From: Ionaspis alba
Lineage: Eukaryota
Length of the DNA stretch: 64,000 nt
Assembly: GCA_964255285.1 (NCBI GenBank)
Contig: CAXUUL010000011.1
Coordinates: forward strand, 1 to 64,000
Direction of reading: 5' to 3'
Numbering within the stretch: the stretch's first letter is position 1; the number at the start of each line of letters is the position of its first letter. The notes beneath the pieces were generated by a model that had not been told where the DNA came from, did no database searches, and saw only the letters and a program-made list of their open reading frames with translations. Position numbers and translations under genes: made by a program. Positions 46,053 to 57,554 of this stretch are shown piece after piece.

Positions 46053-48117
46053 ATGTCGACTGAAATCCAAGATCTGATTCTCAGGACTTTGCGCCTAGAG
46101 AAGGAAACCTTTTGGCTAGAGCACAAAGATCTTCCACCAACCGAGACGCAACGACTATGGACTCTTCGAACTACCGATCTCGCCTCGTTCCTCGCACCCA
46201 TTGCTCCTGCTGAACCACTCGACCCCGAAGCTTCAGTGCCACGGTCGCTGGGCAGGAATGCTTTCCATATGCAAGAAGCAGCAGATTTGGACAAAGGACC
46301 AGATGTATGGTACTCTTTGAGCTCGCGATTTGCCATGACTTACGGTGTGCCAGGCTCAAATTGTCCCTCCAACTCTCATTAGGTACCCAAACGTCTCGCA
46401 ATCCTCAGTGGCTATGTCAAGAAAGCGGTCGAATGACTCGAGACCTGGCCAAACCTCTTTCAACTACGGCACTGGGAAGGACTTGTCGCCTCTTACAATT
46501 GCCGAATGGCAAGCGAATGTCGAGGAACCATTCAGCAATTACAGCTTGGCGGGTCCGTCGAAGATGCAACGAACGGCGTCTGGTCGAAAATCCCTACAAC
46601 CACTGCCAGAGATCGAGGTCTATAACGACCCCAAAGACCACATCAACAAAGCCATTCCTATCGGCCGTCAAGGCTTCGCTGCATCCCGTGCTCAGCGTCC
46701 TCGCCGCAACTCGCATCGAATCTCAAATTCCCCGGGCATGATTTCATCTCTTGGTAACCGATTCTTACTTTCCCAATCACCCATCACACCCACATCGGGT
46801 ACACTCACGAATGCTACAACCCTCACCACTGGCATGAGTCGACAAAGCAGTTGTGCGAGTAATTCGATTTGCGGAGGATTCGAAATGATGGCAATTCGTT
46901 CTCAACATTCCGATATGTCTGATTTCAGTACCGGCGAAGCACAATCTCCGATCGCAACTAAGCCATCGTTGGCGTCGACCAACGATAGTATCATGAATGT
47001 TTTTGAGTATGATCGCTCTCACGTTCTCGATCATACTGGTGGTATTGCACATGATTCCAATCTTTCGACTTTTCCTGTACTTCCGGTTCCTTCTGCACCT
47101 TCATTGCGTCCATCAGTTGTTGAGGAGGACTTGTCTATGAAACGATCTTCGTCAGCAGAAAGCAATGCGTCATCTCAAACCCGAGCATCGCGGCGTCGTC
47201 AAGAGCAGCTCGCTCAGAGCGAACGACCGATAGCGCCAAAGCTGTCCGAGGATGAGCTCGCTATGTCGCGGCAGTCGTCCACCTCGGAACACAGGATGAT
47301 TCGGGTGGAATCAGCAGACGGGTCGTCGAAAGATTTGATGGCCATCACCAAGGCACCATACAATCGACCACATCGAGAGAAAGTCAAATGTGACAAGTGC
47401 AACGACCACCCGGATGGATTCCGCGGGGAGCACGAGCTCCGTCGTCATATGGATCGGGCCCATAGTACTTCTCGCAGAATTTGGAGGTGCGTCGATCGTT
47501 CCGCAGACAAGTCGAAGCTTGCAAATTGCAAAGCGTGCCGACAGGGCAAGACCTACAACGCATACTACAACGCAGCTGCTCACCTTCGTCGCGTTCACTT
47601 CAATCCTAAATCCGTAGGCCGCAAGACCAAGGGAGACTCCGAAAAAGGGCGAGGAGGGATAGGTGGAGGGACTGATCCTCCGATGGAGGAAATCAAGAAG
47701 TGGATGCTGGAGAGCGTGGAACCTGTCGACGACAACGAGCTTGTCGAGATGTGCGAGTCCACGATGCACAAACGCCCGAACGAAAGCAGCGGCGACCGAA
47801 GTTTGCATCAAGATCGGCAGGAGCTCACCGAATGTAGCAGATCAGAGACTCCATGCGCGTCAAATCAGAACAGGGAGCCAATTGGTGTCTCCGACAGCAG
47901 CAAAATAAGCAGCACCCCTCTCAATCAACACTCAACACTCGCGGCATCCACCAACAGCGCGCAGCAGAGGTTTGATCATACCCTTTCGAACGCGAACCCT
48001 GATTTTTCCGAATTCTTTTTCGATTCTTCCATGTCGTTCGATTTCGAACTACCTTTCGATGATTCACACACTTTCAGTGGATTCGATGACTCTCTTCCCT
48101 TATTCGAAGACATGTAA
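46053..48117 (+). CDS. Fungal C2H2-like zinc-finger protein (resembles the 'key lime pathogenicity protein' KLAP1 family, from recall), 2 exons [ZF3]
   Basis: Exon 46053-46304, intron 46305-46353 (GTATGG..CAG), exon 46354-48117. Motifs CDKCNDHPDGFRGEHELRRHMDRAH, WRC..CKAC..YNAYYNAAAHLRRVHF and RGGIGGGTDPPMEEIKKWM; acidic/Phe-rich C-terminus resembling an activation domain. Confidence 0.8.
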
Positions 48118-49153
48118 TTGTTTAGCATGTGCTTGCATTCCCATGCGTGACCGTTTTGTCCTTGCATTCATCGTCGTCATCTTCGTCACGACAAGTTTGC
48201 GTATTCTATGCTTGGAAGTGAATGTCTTCGGCGGAGGGACGGTCTGGAACGTTTTTGGATATGTTCTCTCCTGTACGCTTGCTGAAGATGGTCGGATGTT
48301 TGATGATCTTCTTCAACTTTACCAATTTCACCCGTTCTGTTGGTTCGATGTTCTGGTCCTACTCGAGTCCAGCAATGTTCTTGGTGGACATTGTACTTCG
48401 TCTGTAGGGTACAACGTATTCAATAGAGGTTGCAAACGTGCGATGATTATGAGTATAACTCTTGCTACACGACTTCAAGTGATTCCCTGTAATGATTGTA
48501 CATGTCAATCCAAAAGGTTGATGATAATGCCTCCACCTTGATAAATGGAAGCGTAGTTTCGTGGAACCGTCCCCTGCTAAGATTGACTCCGTGTATGAAT
48601 GTCTTTGATATCTCGCTAGACCTGTGAGTGCAATGGTTCTTCCTGAGTGATTGCAAGGGCAAAGGTCAACTGTGCCATGTGTGCATGACTTGCTTCAGCA
48701 TGACTCCCCATTCTAGATGAAGCTCGACTCGATGCCGAAGCGGGGGACTCAGACGGTGCCCACACAAAAGAGATTTCGCTCGGTCGGCCAATCAACGTTG
48801 AGTTGTCATAGCCTGCATTCCTAGTGGCAGCAAAGCCTTTTCCGCATTGCTGGCCGGTCAGCCGTACCCAGCCCGCTTGTGCTTCAACGTCCTCCTTCCT
48901 TCCATCGGCCAAAACCACCTTTTTCCTTGCACACCTTGACCGGGCGTCGTACTACACTGCGGACAATATCTAGAATACCAAGCAACGCCGAGAAAGTTCT
49001 ACTTCATTAGCTAGTGAGTGCCAATACGCTAAGTGGCTTGGCTTTGGGCGAAGGCGAAGGATGCATCCTGACCTGCTTGCTGATGACGACCGCCGCTTAG
49101 ATTGAGTCTGCGATTCTGCGACCGTTCGTCAACGACAACAGCCACAACTAACG

Positions 49154-49672
49154 ATGTCCAACCAAGGTTACTATCAGGGAGGACCGCAGTATCCTCAGCA
49201 GTCGTAAGTAGCGTCTGTCCAGGAGCTTTCGCTGTCGTGCGCGATCAGAACCCCTTCAGGAACTGACTGTCGCTGCGCGAACAGGTATGGAGGCTACCAG
49301 CAACAGCAGGGCTATCCACAGCAGGGGTACGGTGGACCTCCTCAGCAGTATGGAGGATACAATCAACCTCCACCGGTTCGTCCTAGATACTCGAGCAGTC
49401 GATGATCCGGTGCAGCCGAGCTGACGGAATTGTCGCAGATGCATTACCAGCAAGGCCCACCACAACAAGTTGTCGTCAAACAGAAGAAGGACCGAGGCTG
49501 CTTAGCAGCTTGGTACGTATTACTCTACGATATAGCACCTAGACTCTTTCTGTAGAGGTCCACTAACCGTGGTAATGCCTCTAGTCTCGCTGTTCTTTGC
49601 TGTTGTTGCGTTGCCGAGGAGGGATGCGAATGCTGCGCAGAATGCTGCGAGTGTGCGGAAGGGTGCTGCTAG
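49154..49672 (+). CDS. CYSTM-family cysteine-rich membrane-associated protein (100 aa), 4 exons
   Basis: Exons 49154-49203, 49285-49375, 49439-49512 and 49585-49672 (303 nt) give MSNQGYYQGGPQYPQQSYGGYQQQQGYPQQGYGGPPQQYGGYNQPPPMHYQQGPPQQVVVKQKKDRGCLAACLAVLCCCCVAEEGCECCAECCECAEGCC*. All introns are GT-AG with a CTRAC branch. Not in the ORF track. Confidence 0.92.
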
Positions 49673-52600
49673 AGTCTGGAGAGTCCTTGGGAACAGAATG
49701 CATAAGACGGGGAAATGGTGTTTCGAACCATGCTGCCAGGCTTGCGCAGGCACTGTACTTCCTGGTCATTCAATGCAGAAGTGGGAAGTGTTTCCAGCAG
49801 AAGGTAGTTTGCAACCGCTCTTGTGTCTCTCATATACTTAGTCAAGCCCCAGAGCCAATCGCACAAAGAGAGAATCGATGTTCAATTGTACATTCCTAAC
49901 AGTGCGCCATGATGCGAGAGATGGCAGTTCGATTGATATTGGACTCAATCTATGGGACGCATGACTTTACATCGATGCACAGTGACACCTCAAGCCGCAT
50001 GACAGTTATATATGGGCCAATCCAAGCCTTATCAATCTCATTTCAACACTCTGGATCAATTTCATTCCTCCTGTCGTCGCCCGTAAACAAGCCTTCCGGA
50101 ATCCTAATCATTGCAAATCGATATGTTTGCTGCTGGTGGCCGGTTCCCTAAGATTGTCTGTTCGCCAACACTTACCTCCACTGGTGAGTCCAATGAAGTC
50201 AAATCAAAGATTTATCTTCCCAGTCTCTGTTGTCACTGCCATCCAGATCCGCAACCGTGCTCTTAGCCTTCCCTGCCTGGCTTGGATCCTTGGTTTTGGC
50301 ATCCACGATCTTGTTCCAACAGCCTCCCACGCCAATATCTCCGCCATGAGATCTTTAAGCAGGTCCTCGGCTTACCCGTGCGGGGCGAGCTTCTGATGAG
50401 AAAGACTGTCTCCTTGTTTGTACGAGGCTGCTGACTCAGGGATGGTCTGCGGAATATCCAGGAGATGACTGCCAGCCTCTTCTGACGAAGATTTGCCAAC
50501 ACGGATTCATCGCCAGCGGCACCTGAAGAAGGCCAACTGGCTCTTTGCTTTGAACGATGAACTGAACTCGAGGCAGGATAGCAAGAAGAAATCGCGAGTA
50601 TGCCACTCATCTAACCCTGCGATAGCCTTCTACTCTTCCTACGCTGTATTTCTCCAAGAGTAAGTAACGCCGCTATCTTCTTTGTGCCGTATCTCTCGGG
50701 TGACGGACGGAAGCTTCTGCTCCATAATCGAAGATAGAGATAGACATGTGCTGTGTGGCTCCTCCACGCGCCATGCTCCCGAAGTTGGCAAAGCCACTCA
50801 ATCTGAGGTAACGATCGGCTATGCGTAGTCCACCTCCAGCTTTACAGCAAATGTTCTGCTGAACCCCATCCCGCCTCCCCAACCCTAACCCAATGGGTGA
50901 GGCGGTCTCATGCTGCAAGCAAATAGTCCAGTGCAAAAATTGAGCTTGGCCCCCAGGACGTCAAATACGTAGCAAGGCAGGGGCTCTTACGTGCCGTATG
51001 GAAGTTGATTGACGGCGATTGCCGATCCTGGTACCTCTCACGACAACAGGGCAATCATAATGACTCCGATCATCTCTGCTCCTACTTCGCTCGCAGAGCC
51101 TCAACAGCTGGGACTCAACCCCTCTCTGTCTGCCAGAGCAGAGCGGCACGGCCAAGAGGCACAATTCGGCGTCCGGACCAAATAGTCCCCTTGGTTTTAT
51201 TGGTCGAAGGCACATTCAGCCCCCAAGATTCTCACACAGCTTTCGGGCAACCTGCATTGCATGTGCACAGGGCGTGCAGAGTGGGGTGCGAGCACTGCGC
51301 CCAAAGAAGGCGACCGGTTGCCTATTATGCCCATGATGCCTATCTTGCCTGTTTCTGTGATGGTGTCAGTGCAGCGACGATCAAGGCAGACACCACGAGA
51401 ACAATAATGCCGCTTGCTACATTATTCTACCTCTCACTGCGAGTCCGCAGACATTCTCGAATCCTCCAAGGAGCAATCAATCCAAGCAATCTTCCCAAAA
51501 TTCGGTCAAAAGAGCCTCATGGCTCACCAATCGCATTCTCGCACTCTTCCAAAACCTTGGTCTGCCTGTCCATCTTCCTACCTCCCCCCCTTTCCACCTC
51601 ACCTCCAACCCTCCCGCCATGCACCCGACCCCGATCTAGCAGCGGCTGGACGAGGCAAACAAAGAGAGAGCCGCGGACGTGGATGCGGTGATCCTAGACC
51701 AAGAGGTAACAAGACAATCGGCGGGATATGGTCCAACGATGAAATGCGACCCTCGATCTGATGTGTATACCGGGCACCCGCTTGGCTCCCTACCCTCCAC
51801 AAATGATCTGTCGCTTTTCCCGAGAGCAGGCGTCCGATCCTGGAATAGTATCCTTCAGGAGTTGCTCGTACTACGTAGGCCCAAAGCCCCGACGACGAAC
51901 GCCTATGAACCGCGAACAGGGTTGCCTCAATGCCTCATGCCTCGCAGATTATCCTCAAGAGAACTCTACTACACCGGTGACCGCAAACTCTGAGCTGCCT
52001 GTCCTTCTGCCTATCGTCCCACCTGCCAGGCCGCTACGCCAGACTTGAGGAGAATGCCTCAGCCAGAATGGTCGCAGATGCCATGTATTGGGATATCCAT
52101 TTCTCGATGCATGTTACCCTCCTTCCCCTGTAGTCGCTGATCCAATCACACATCTTCCCTCGTGGCTTGGTCCACCAAAGCGCTGAAAGCCCCCTTGTGA
52201 AATAAATGCGTCAGGGCACTCGTGCCGGCTCGAGCTTGCATGTCAGCTCGAACCTGGGCCTCATTTTCCAGTCCCTCCTGCCCTCCTCTTTCTCTCATCG
52301 GCTCGTTTCTCATCCACAATCGCGATGACCCAGGCGCCACCAACAGATCCTATCAGGGCCACTGGCCCAGCTAGGTACAGAGAGGAGCTTCTTTTCTATG
52401 TTCCGATCCTGCCGCAGCTGTAAAACTCGGGGGACGTGCTGCAGGGGTCTCGATCTGCATGCATGCCCTTTCCCTCCAACGCCTCTGGCCCATGAGGAAC
52501 TTATTAAAGGCTCGGGAAAATGAGGCTCTGCGTCGTGGAGTTGTCCCTCCATTTGTCAAGAATAACCATGGTGATTGATTCCCATGCACATATATATCCC

Positions 52601-52976
52601 TAGAAGGTCTCCTACCAATCCCGCTCTACTTTTGCTTCTGCTGCGTTTTCTGCTCCGTGAAGTTTTCAATGAGACGGCACGAGGCTCGACCTTCTTAACT
52701 ATTTTCATATCTGTGTGTATAAGTTTGGGTGGTGCAGGCCCTGGCCATACCCCTTTCATCTATTTTGCATTCTCAACCCACTGCACTCCGGAATCAGTCA
52801 TCAGAGGCCGTCGTCTGTGCGTCGTTCCGAGATTGCCCTGCCACGATTGAAACTAAGGTCAACCGTATCAGCCAGCCTGCTTATGTTCGCCAAAGTTACC
52901 GAGCGAGCAGATTCTTGCCCGGACCATCCCTGGGTTCCGGACTGACTGCTTATACATTTACAGCTCAAGACCCGCT

Positions 52977-54770
52977 ATGGCCACGTTCAACATGTTCAAC
53001 GATCTGCCATCGATAGATCTTGAATGTGAAGAAACAACATGGTACCATGGACACCCTGATCGCTTTCAATCTGCCTTACAAAGCACTAGCTTAGCCTCTG
53101 ACATTGGAAGCCGCGACGTGGTTTGGGGAAGCAGAAGTCCGCCATCATGGCCCTTTTCTACTTCAGGAGACATGCGATTAGTGACGTCTCGAGGGAAGGA
53201 CCAGCTAGACTTCCTTTCGAAAGCTCTACTTCCGGGGAGCCTTGGACGAGATTGGAATCGCGGCCATGCGTCGTTACCGCCCACATACGATGGCATTGCA
53301 CCATGGACGTCTGCTATCGTTCTGTCTGATCATACAAGTCCCATGTGGTCCTGTCCAGACGACAAGGTAACCATAGAACTGTGCTCCTCCTCTGGTGGTA
53401 GCACATGGAGCCCATGCCCGAGCGAATCCCCGCACGAGAACAGGCAACTTGCGACGACCGATGAGTATACTTCGGTCTACTCATCAGCAAGTGCCGGCTT
53501 TCCCCATGACTCTTGTAGTGATTCAGTCAACCATTCGCCTTCCTTGTCCAATAACTCGCATGACAGTTGTCATCCTTCTACTCCAGGCATTGCTCCTCGA
53601 GATATTCAGCAGAATCCAGAGTACTACGATGATGATTCCTTGCAGCATTCATACTACGTTCGCAAGCAAAGTAGCTATCGTTACTCTCCCTTCGACTCGG
53701 GCAACCCCGTCATGGAAATGTGCCAAGAGTCAACCGACCAGTATGACGGAGATTCAATAGCATTGCCCGGTAAGGCATTGGCGCCATCGACGGTGGATCC
53801 AGACGACGTGTCCACCAAAGATGATTTTCTATCTGATGCTGAAGGCGATACCGGTTCCGACTACTCGCCGGCAAACCGAACCCCTACCAAAAGTCGATGT
53901 AGTCGCAAAATGAACAACTCGAATGCCTCCAACAAACGTCATAAGGTCCAAAAATCCAAGATCTCCAAGACCAAAAAGATAGATTCACGGCCGGTCAGAG
54001 CGCGGCCTATCAGCAGTGCTTCTCCTTCTACAATTGCTACAGGCAGAGCAACCGCCTGTCCGCACTGCTCTCATGGCTTTCATACGAAATCGGCCCTGAA
54101 CAAGCACATTGCAACGGCGCACACCCGTCCCTTTTTCTGCACGTTTCAACTTTACGGCTGTTCGGCCACATTCGGCTCCAAGAATGAATGGAAACGGCAC
54201 GTGGCATGCCAGCATCTCCGACTGGGTATCTGGCGCTGCGATCTCGGGTCTTGCATTCCACCGCAACATCATCGTGGACAGTCCCCGCGCCATTACGCTA
54301 GACATGAATTGGGAGGAGACGGAGACGATGATGACGAGTTAGTCTACAACGAATTCAACCGCAAAGATCTCTTTACTCAGCACCTTCGGCGAATGCACTC
54401 TCCCTCCAAAACCTCTTCCCAGGCCGAACGAGATGCATTCAACGCCTCCATTGAACAATCGAGCCGTCGCTGTTTGATTGACATCAGACGCCCACCAGCC
54501 TACAGTGTATGTGGCTACTGCGTGGGTGACGGCAATCGTAGAGGCAGTGATAAGTTCGAGGGGCCCGATTCCTGGGAGATGAGAATGGAGCATGTGGGAC
54601 GGCACCTGGAGAGTGGGCATGGTGAGACGAAGGTATGGAAGGAGGACTTGGTGCTCCGAGACTGGCTCGCAGGAGAACAGATCATCGAAGAAGTGGAGTG
54701 TGGCAGCTGGAGATTGGTTGGCCTGCAGGTTCAGGAGGGAAGGTGTAATAAGAAAGAACCAAAGTGTTAG
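52977..54770 (+). CDS. C2H2 zinc-finger protein (597 aa) [ZF4]
   Basis: Basic NLS-like stretch, then CPHCSHGFHTKSALNKHIATAH, RPFFCTFQLYGCSATFGSKNEWKRHVACQH, WRCDLGSC..FNRKDLFTQHLRRMH and CGYC..WEMRMEHVGRH. Confidence 0.88.
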   Translation: MATFNMFNDLPSIDLECEETTWYHGHPDRFQSALQSTSLASDIGSRDVVWGSRSPPSWPFSTSGDMRLVTSRGKDQLDFLSKALLPGSLGRDWNRGHASLPPTYDGIAPWTSAIVLSDHTSPMWSCPDDKVTIELCSSSGGSTWSPCPSESPHENRQLATTDEYTSVYSSASAGFPHDSCSDSVNHSPSLSNNSHDSCHPSTPGIAPRDIQQNPEYYDDDSLQHSYYVRKQSSYRYSPFDSGNPVMEMCQESTDQYDGDSIALPGKALAPSTVDPDDVSTKDDFLSDAEGDTGSDYSPANRTPTKSRCSRKMNNSNASNKRHKVQKSKISKTKKIDSRPVRARPISSASPSTIATGRATACPHCSHGFHTKSALNKHIATAHTRPFFCTFQLYGCSATFGSKNEWKRHVACQHLRLGIWRCDLGSCIPPQHHRGQSPRHYARHELGGDGDDDDELVYNEFNRKDLFTQHLRRMHSPSKTSSQAERDAFNASIEQSSRRCLIDIRRPPAYSVCGYCVGDGNRRGSDKFEGPDSWEMRMEHVGRHLESGHGETKVWKEDLVLRDWLAGEQIIEEVECGSWRLVGLQVQEGRCNKKEPKC

Positions 54771-55712
54771 TTGTCTGTTGATGCTTCGTAATGTTGCCAT
54801 TAAGCAACACGTTTTGAGCTATTGGTCTGCCTGAGCTCGTGGTGATCCCTGATAGGTCGGGCAACGATTCGGCAATTATCAGAGGACAGTAGTGGAGTTT
54901 GGTCATGTTTTGGTAATCCGTAGTAATGATCCTTCATGACCGCGAGATCGAGGACGTAGAATCCATACTGCGGATATACATACACACTGAAGGTTATGAG
55001 AACGTAGTCTTTGCAGCTGAGACCGACTATGAGTTTGGCATTTTATGGGCCTTCGACGGTGGCAACACATATCGTGACCGAGTGATATCCGGCAACGTGC
55101 TGCTCGATTATCCTGCTCTGTATTAGCTTCAACCGATCTCGACACCCAACTAACCTGCAATGTCGACCCTCCGAAGCGATCTTGCCCACTAATAGTAGGT
55201 AAATGAATGTCTCAAAGAAATAATCATGCATGCATCAACGGGACTCTTCGTCCATTGCTCTTCAGGGTATCGCTCGCAAACTCATCATCAGAAATTCACT
55301 GTCTACCAGGTTCGTTTCGATCGACTTCGAAGTATATGGGTGATATTCAAAGAAATCGTGCATTGATCATTCTTAGGTTTTCGTTGCTGAATCGCCACGA
55401 AATACGTGACTAGCGAGCTGCCCTTCCCCGAGACATGAAGCGCTCGAGGCCATTTTGAGCAGCCTCGAAACACACGGGATCCATCGCAAAACAAACTTCT
55501 TTGTCGCGCTGTCAGCTGTGTTTTTCTTGGTGATGCAGCTATGGGCACCAAGAGTGTATCCTTCTTGTCCACCAAAAGCTTAGAGTGCACGCCCAAGAAG
55601 AAGTTCATACAGATACAACTGAACAAGGAGTACAATAGCAGATCTGATGATGACCATGGCCTGTCAACGTCTGCATTATTGATCCATGAACCTCCAACTG
55701 TCTCTACTTTCC

Positions 55713-57554
55713 CTATACATCCCGGTAGTAGATTGCGCCGCTGGGCGCTTGAACATACTTTCTGGGACCCTCGTCGGCATCGACGGCCATGGTACTTCGA
55801 TAGTACGCGGGCGCATATGGATTCGAGTTCTGATCAACCGGAGGCTGCTGAAAAGGTGCATAACCCTCGTTCGGAACTATTCTAATCCTCTCACAGACGC
55901 GCGCAAGCTCCTCGTCGTCGTCATAAGAAAGTGTCGTCAGGTAGCGTTCCTGAGGATTCCAAGGGGCTGCGGGTGGGTGAGGAGCTCTGACACACTCGTA
56001 TCGTCTCTTGTACCGAACAAGTTCTGCAAACTCATCAGATAAAATTCGTGTTTTTTTTTTTGGTATCATCGAGCTCGTACCTGGCGGAGAGTACTCTTCA
56101 CTGTCTTCCTCTGCTTCCCGCCCGACTGTATACCTGCGACGTATGCGAGACTCATCCCCGGTGGCAAGAAATTGTCCTCCTGAGTTTGCGTCTTCGTTCA
56201 TGGAACCTGGTTGCACAAGGGAGGTCCTTAGTTCTTCGCGCGCTACTCTTCCGTATCGCAGTCGCTGGGCTGGATCCTCGGCGTTTCGAGTGACTCTTAC
56301 TATACCAACAGAATTCGAAGGTCGACGAGTCCTTGGTTCGTAGTTAGAGTCGTACGGGGGTTCCCCCCTTCGATTATTAGGACGGTTACGATTTTGCAAG
56401 AAGTATGAGTCCTCAATCTGCCCAATATGGTTTTCTCCGTCGATCTCAATTGGTGTCCCATGATATGTGATCATAGACTCGGAATTACGACGCAGAAGGG
56501 GACGACGCCCGCTAGATTCGTTCACACGGCCACCGAAGTGTTCGTTGTCTGCTAGTCTGTACTCACGATATTTTCGAGAATCTGTCCTCTCGTCATGAAT
56601 TGTCTCGTAATAGGCAGTGTTTCGAGAGGATCCCCGGAGAGGTCTGTGGTATCGTGTCTGACGAGGAAGGCTACCGCCTCGTGACCAAGACCTTGAGCGA
56701 GCACGCCCTCTTCCTTTCATGTCCCCTCTATGGTGAACGACGGGGATCTTCTCATCAAAGTATCGCCTCCTATAGCTTCTCACCCCTCCCGTACGGTTGG
56801 AGCGATGAGCAGGAGGACAGTCTCTCGAGCTTGACCGTGAACGTGCGCGTGGACGGTATTCGTCGCTGATCCTGCGGACTCGAATGATACGAACTTCATC
56901 CCTACTTGATGACCCAGACTTTGCGGACTGGAAGTCTTCTATCGAGTGTTTAGGATATCGGTAGCCCTTCCTATACTTCGTCTTCCTGCGGTGCTTGAGA
57001 GGTTCCCTGCTGCTACTCTCCTCACTTGACGTATGCTCTTTAATACACCGTTTGCAGATACTTGGTTTTGGAGCCTCGCCCGGCACAAATGGATGACGAC
57101 TATTATAGCTCGGAGAACGATATTTTCCACAAGACGAGCAAGCGTGCCTGGAGAGCGTGTCAGGATGACTCTCATCACTTTTCACCATCTTTGTCGTCAA
57201 TCTTGTTTTTTCAACCTGATGTTCTGAGGCCGGTGATAGAGGATGAGACGGTCCAGCAACGGCTTGTACAGCCTCCTGGGTGAAGAATGCGGGGTGTGTC
57301 AACCGTGGGTACTCTAACTCTAGACGAGGTGGTGGAGGAGGTATGCCAGTGTGCTGCGGATCTGGTGCCGACTGAACACAGACAACCCGCTCCCCAGAGT
57401 ATGAACGTCGTGGAAGAAGAGGAGCTGGTGCACCGAGAGCCCTTGCGATCGCAGAGAGACCGAATCCCGATTCCAGTGGGTCTCTTCTTTTGCGTACGAA
57501 TGCCGGCCTAGAGCGACCAGGCAAGACCTTGACATAGGTTTTGCCTGGTTCCAT
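55713..57554 (-). CDS. Uncharacterised Arg/Ser-rich protein with one putative zinc-binding motif
   Basis: Long open frame; first ATG at 57554 (MEPGKTYVKV) after a probable 5' intron at 57650-57589. Motif HACSSCGKYRSPSYNSRHPFVPGEAPKPSICKRC. Probable in-frame 57-nt intron 56080-56024 (GTACGA..A-run..CTGAT..CAG). Confidence 0.7.
   Translation of the reverse strand: MEPGKTYVKVLPGRSRPAFVRKRRDPLESGFGLSAIARALGAPAPLLPRRSYSGERVVCVQSAPDPQHTGIPPPPPRLELEYPRLTHPAFFTQEAVQAVAGPSHPLSPASEHQVEKTRLTTKMVKSDESHPDTLSRHACSSCGKYRSPSYNSRHPFVPGEAPKPSICKRCIKEHTSSEESSSREPLKHRRKTKYRKGYRYPKHSIEDFQSAKSGSSSRDEVRIIRVRRISDEYRPRARSRSSSRDCPPAHRSNRTGGVRSYRRRYFDEKIPVVHHRGDMKGRGRARSRSWSRGGSLPRQTRYHRPLRGSSRNTAYYETIHDERTDSRKYREYRLADNEHFGGRVNESSGRRPLLRRNSESMITYHGTPIEIDGENHIGQIEDSYFLQNRNRPNNRRGEPPYDSNYEPRTRRPSNSVGIVRVTRNAEDPAQRLRYGRVAREELRTSLVQPGSMNEDANSGGQFLATGDESRIRRRYTVGREAEEDSEEYSPPGTSSMIPKKKTRILSDEFAELVRYKRRYECVRAPHPPAAPWNPQERYLTTLSYDDDEELARVCERIRIVPNEGYAPFQQPPVDQNSNPYAPAYYRSTMAVDADEGPRKYVQAPSGAIYYRDV

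Noticed and set aside
51005..51691. 228-aa plus-strand ORF
   Set aside because: Non-ATG start, non-protein-like composition and no motif.
54926..55126. 66-aa ORF containing GNVLLD, vaguely kinase-like
   Set aside because: It lacks ordered HRD/DFG motifs and lies in the convergent 3' region; likely chance.
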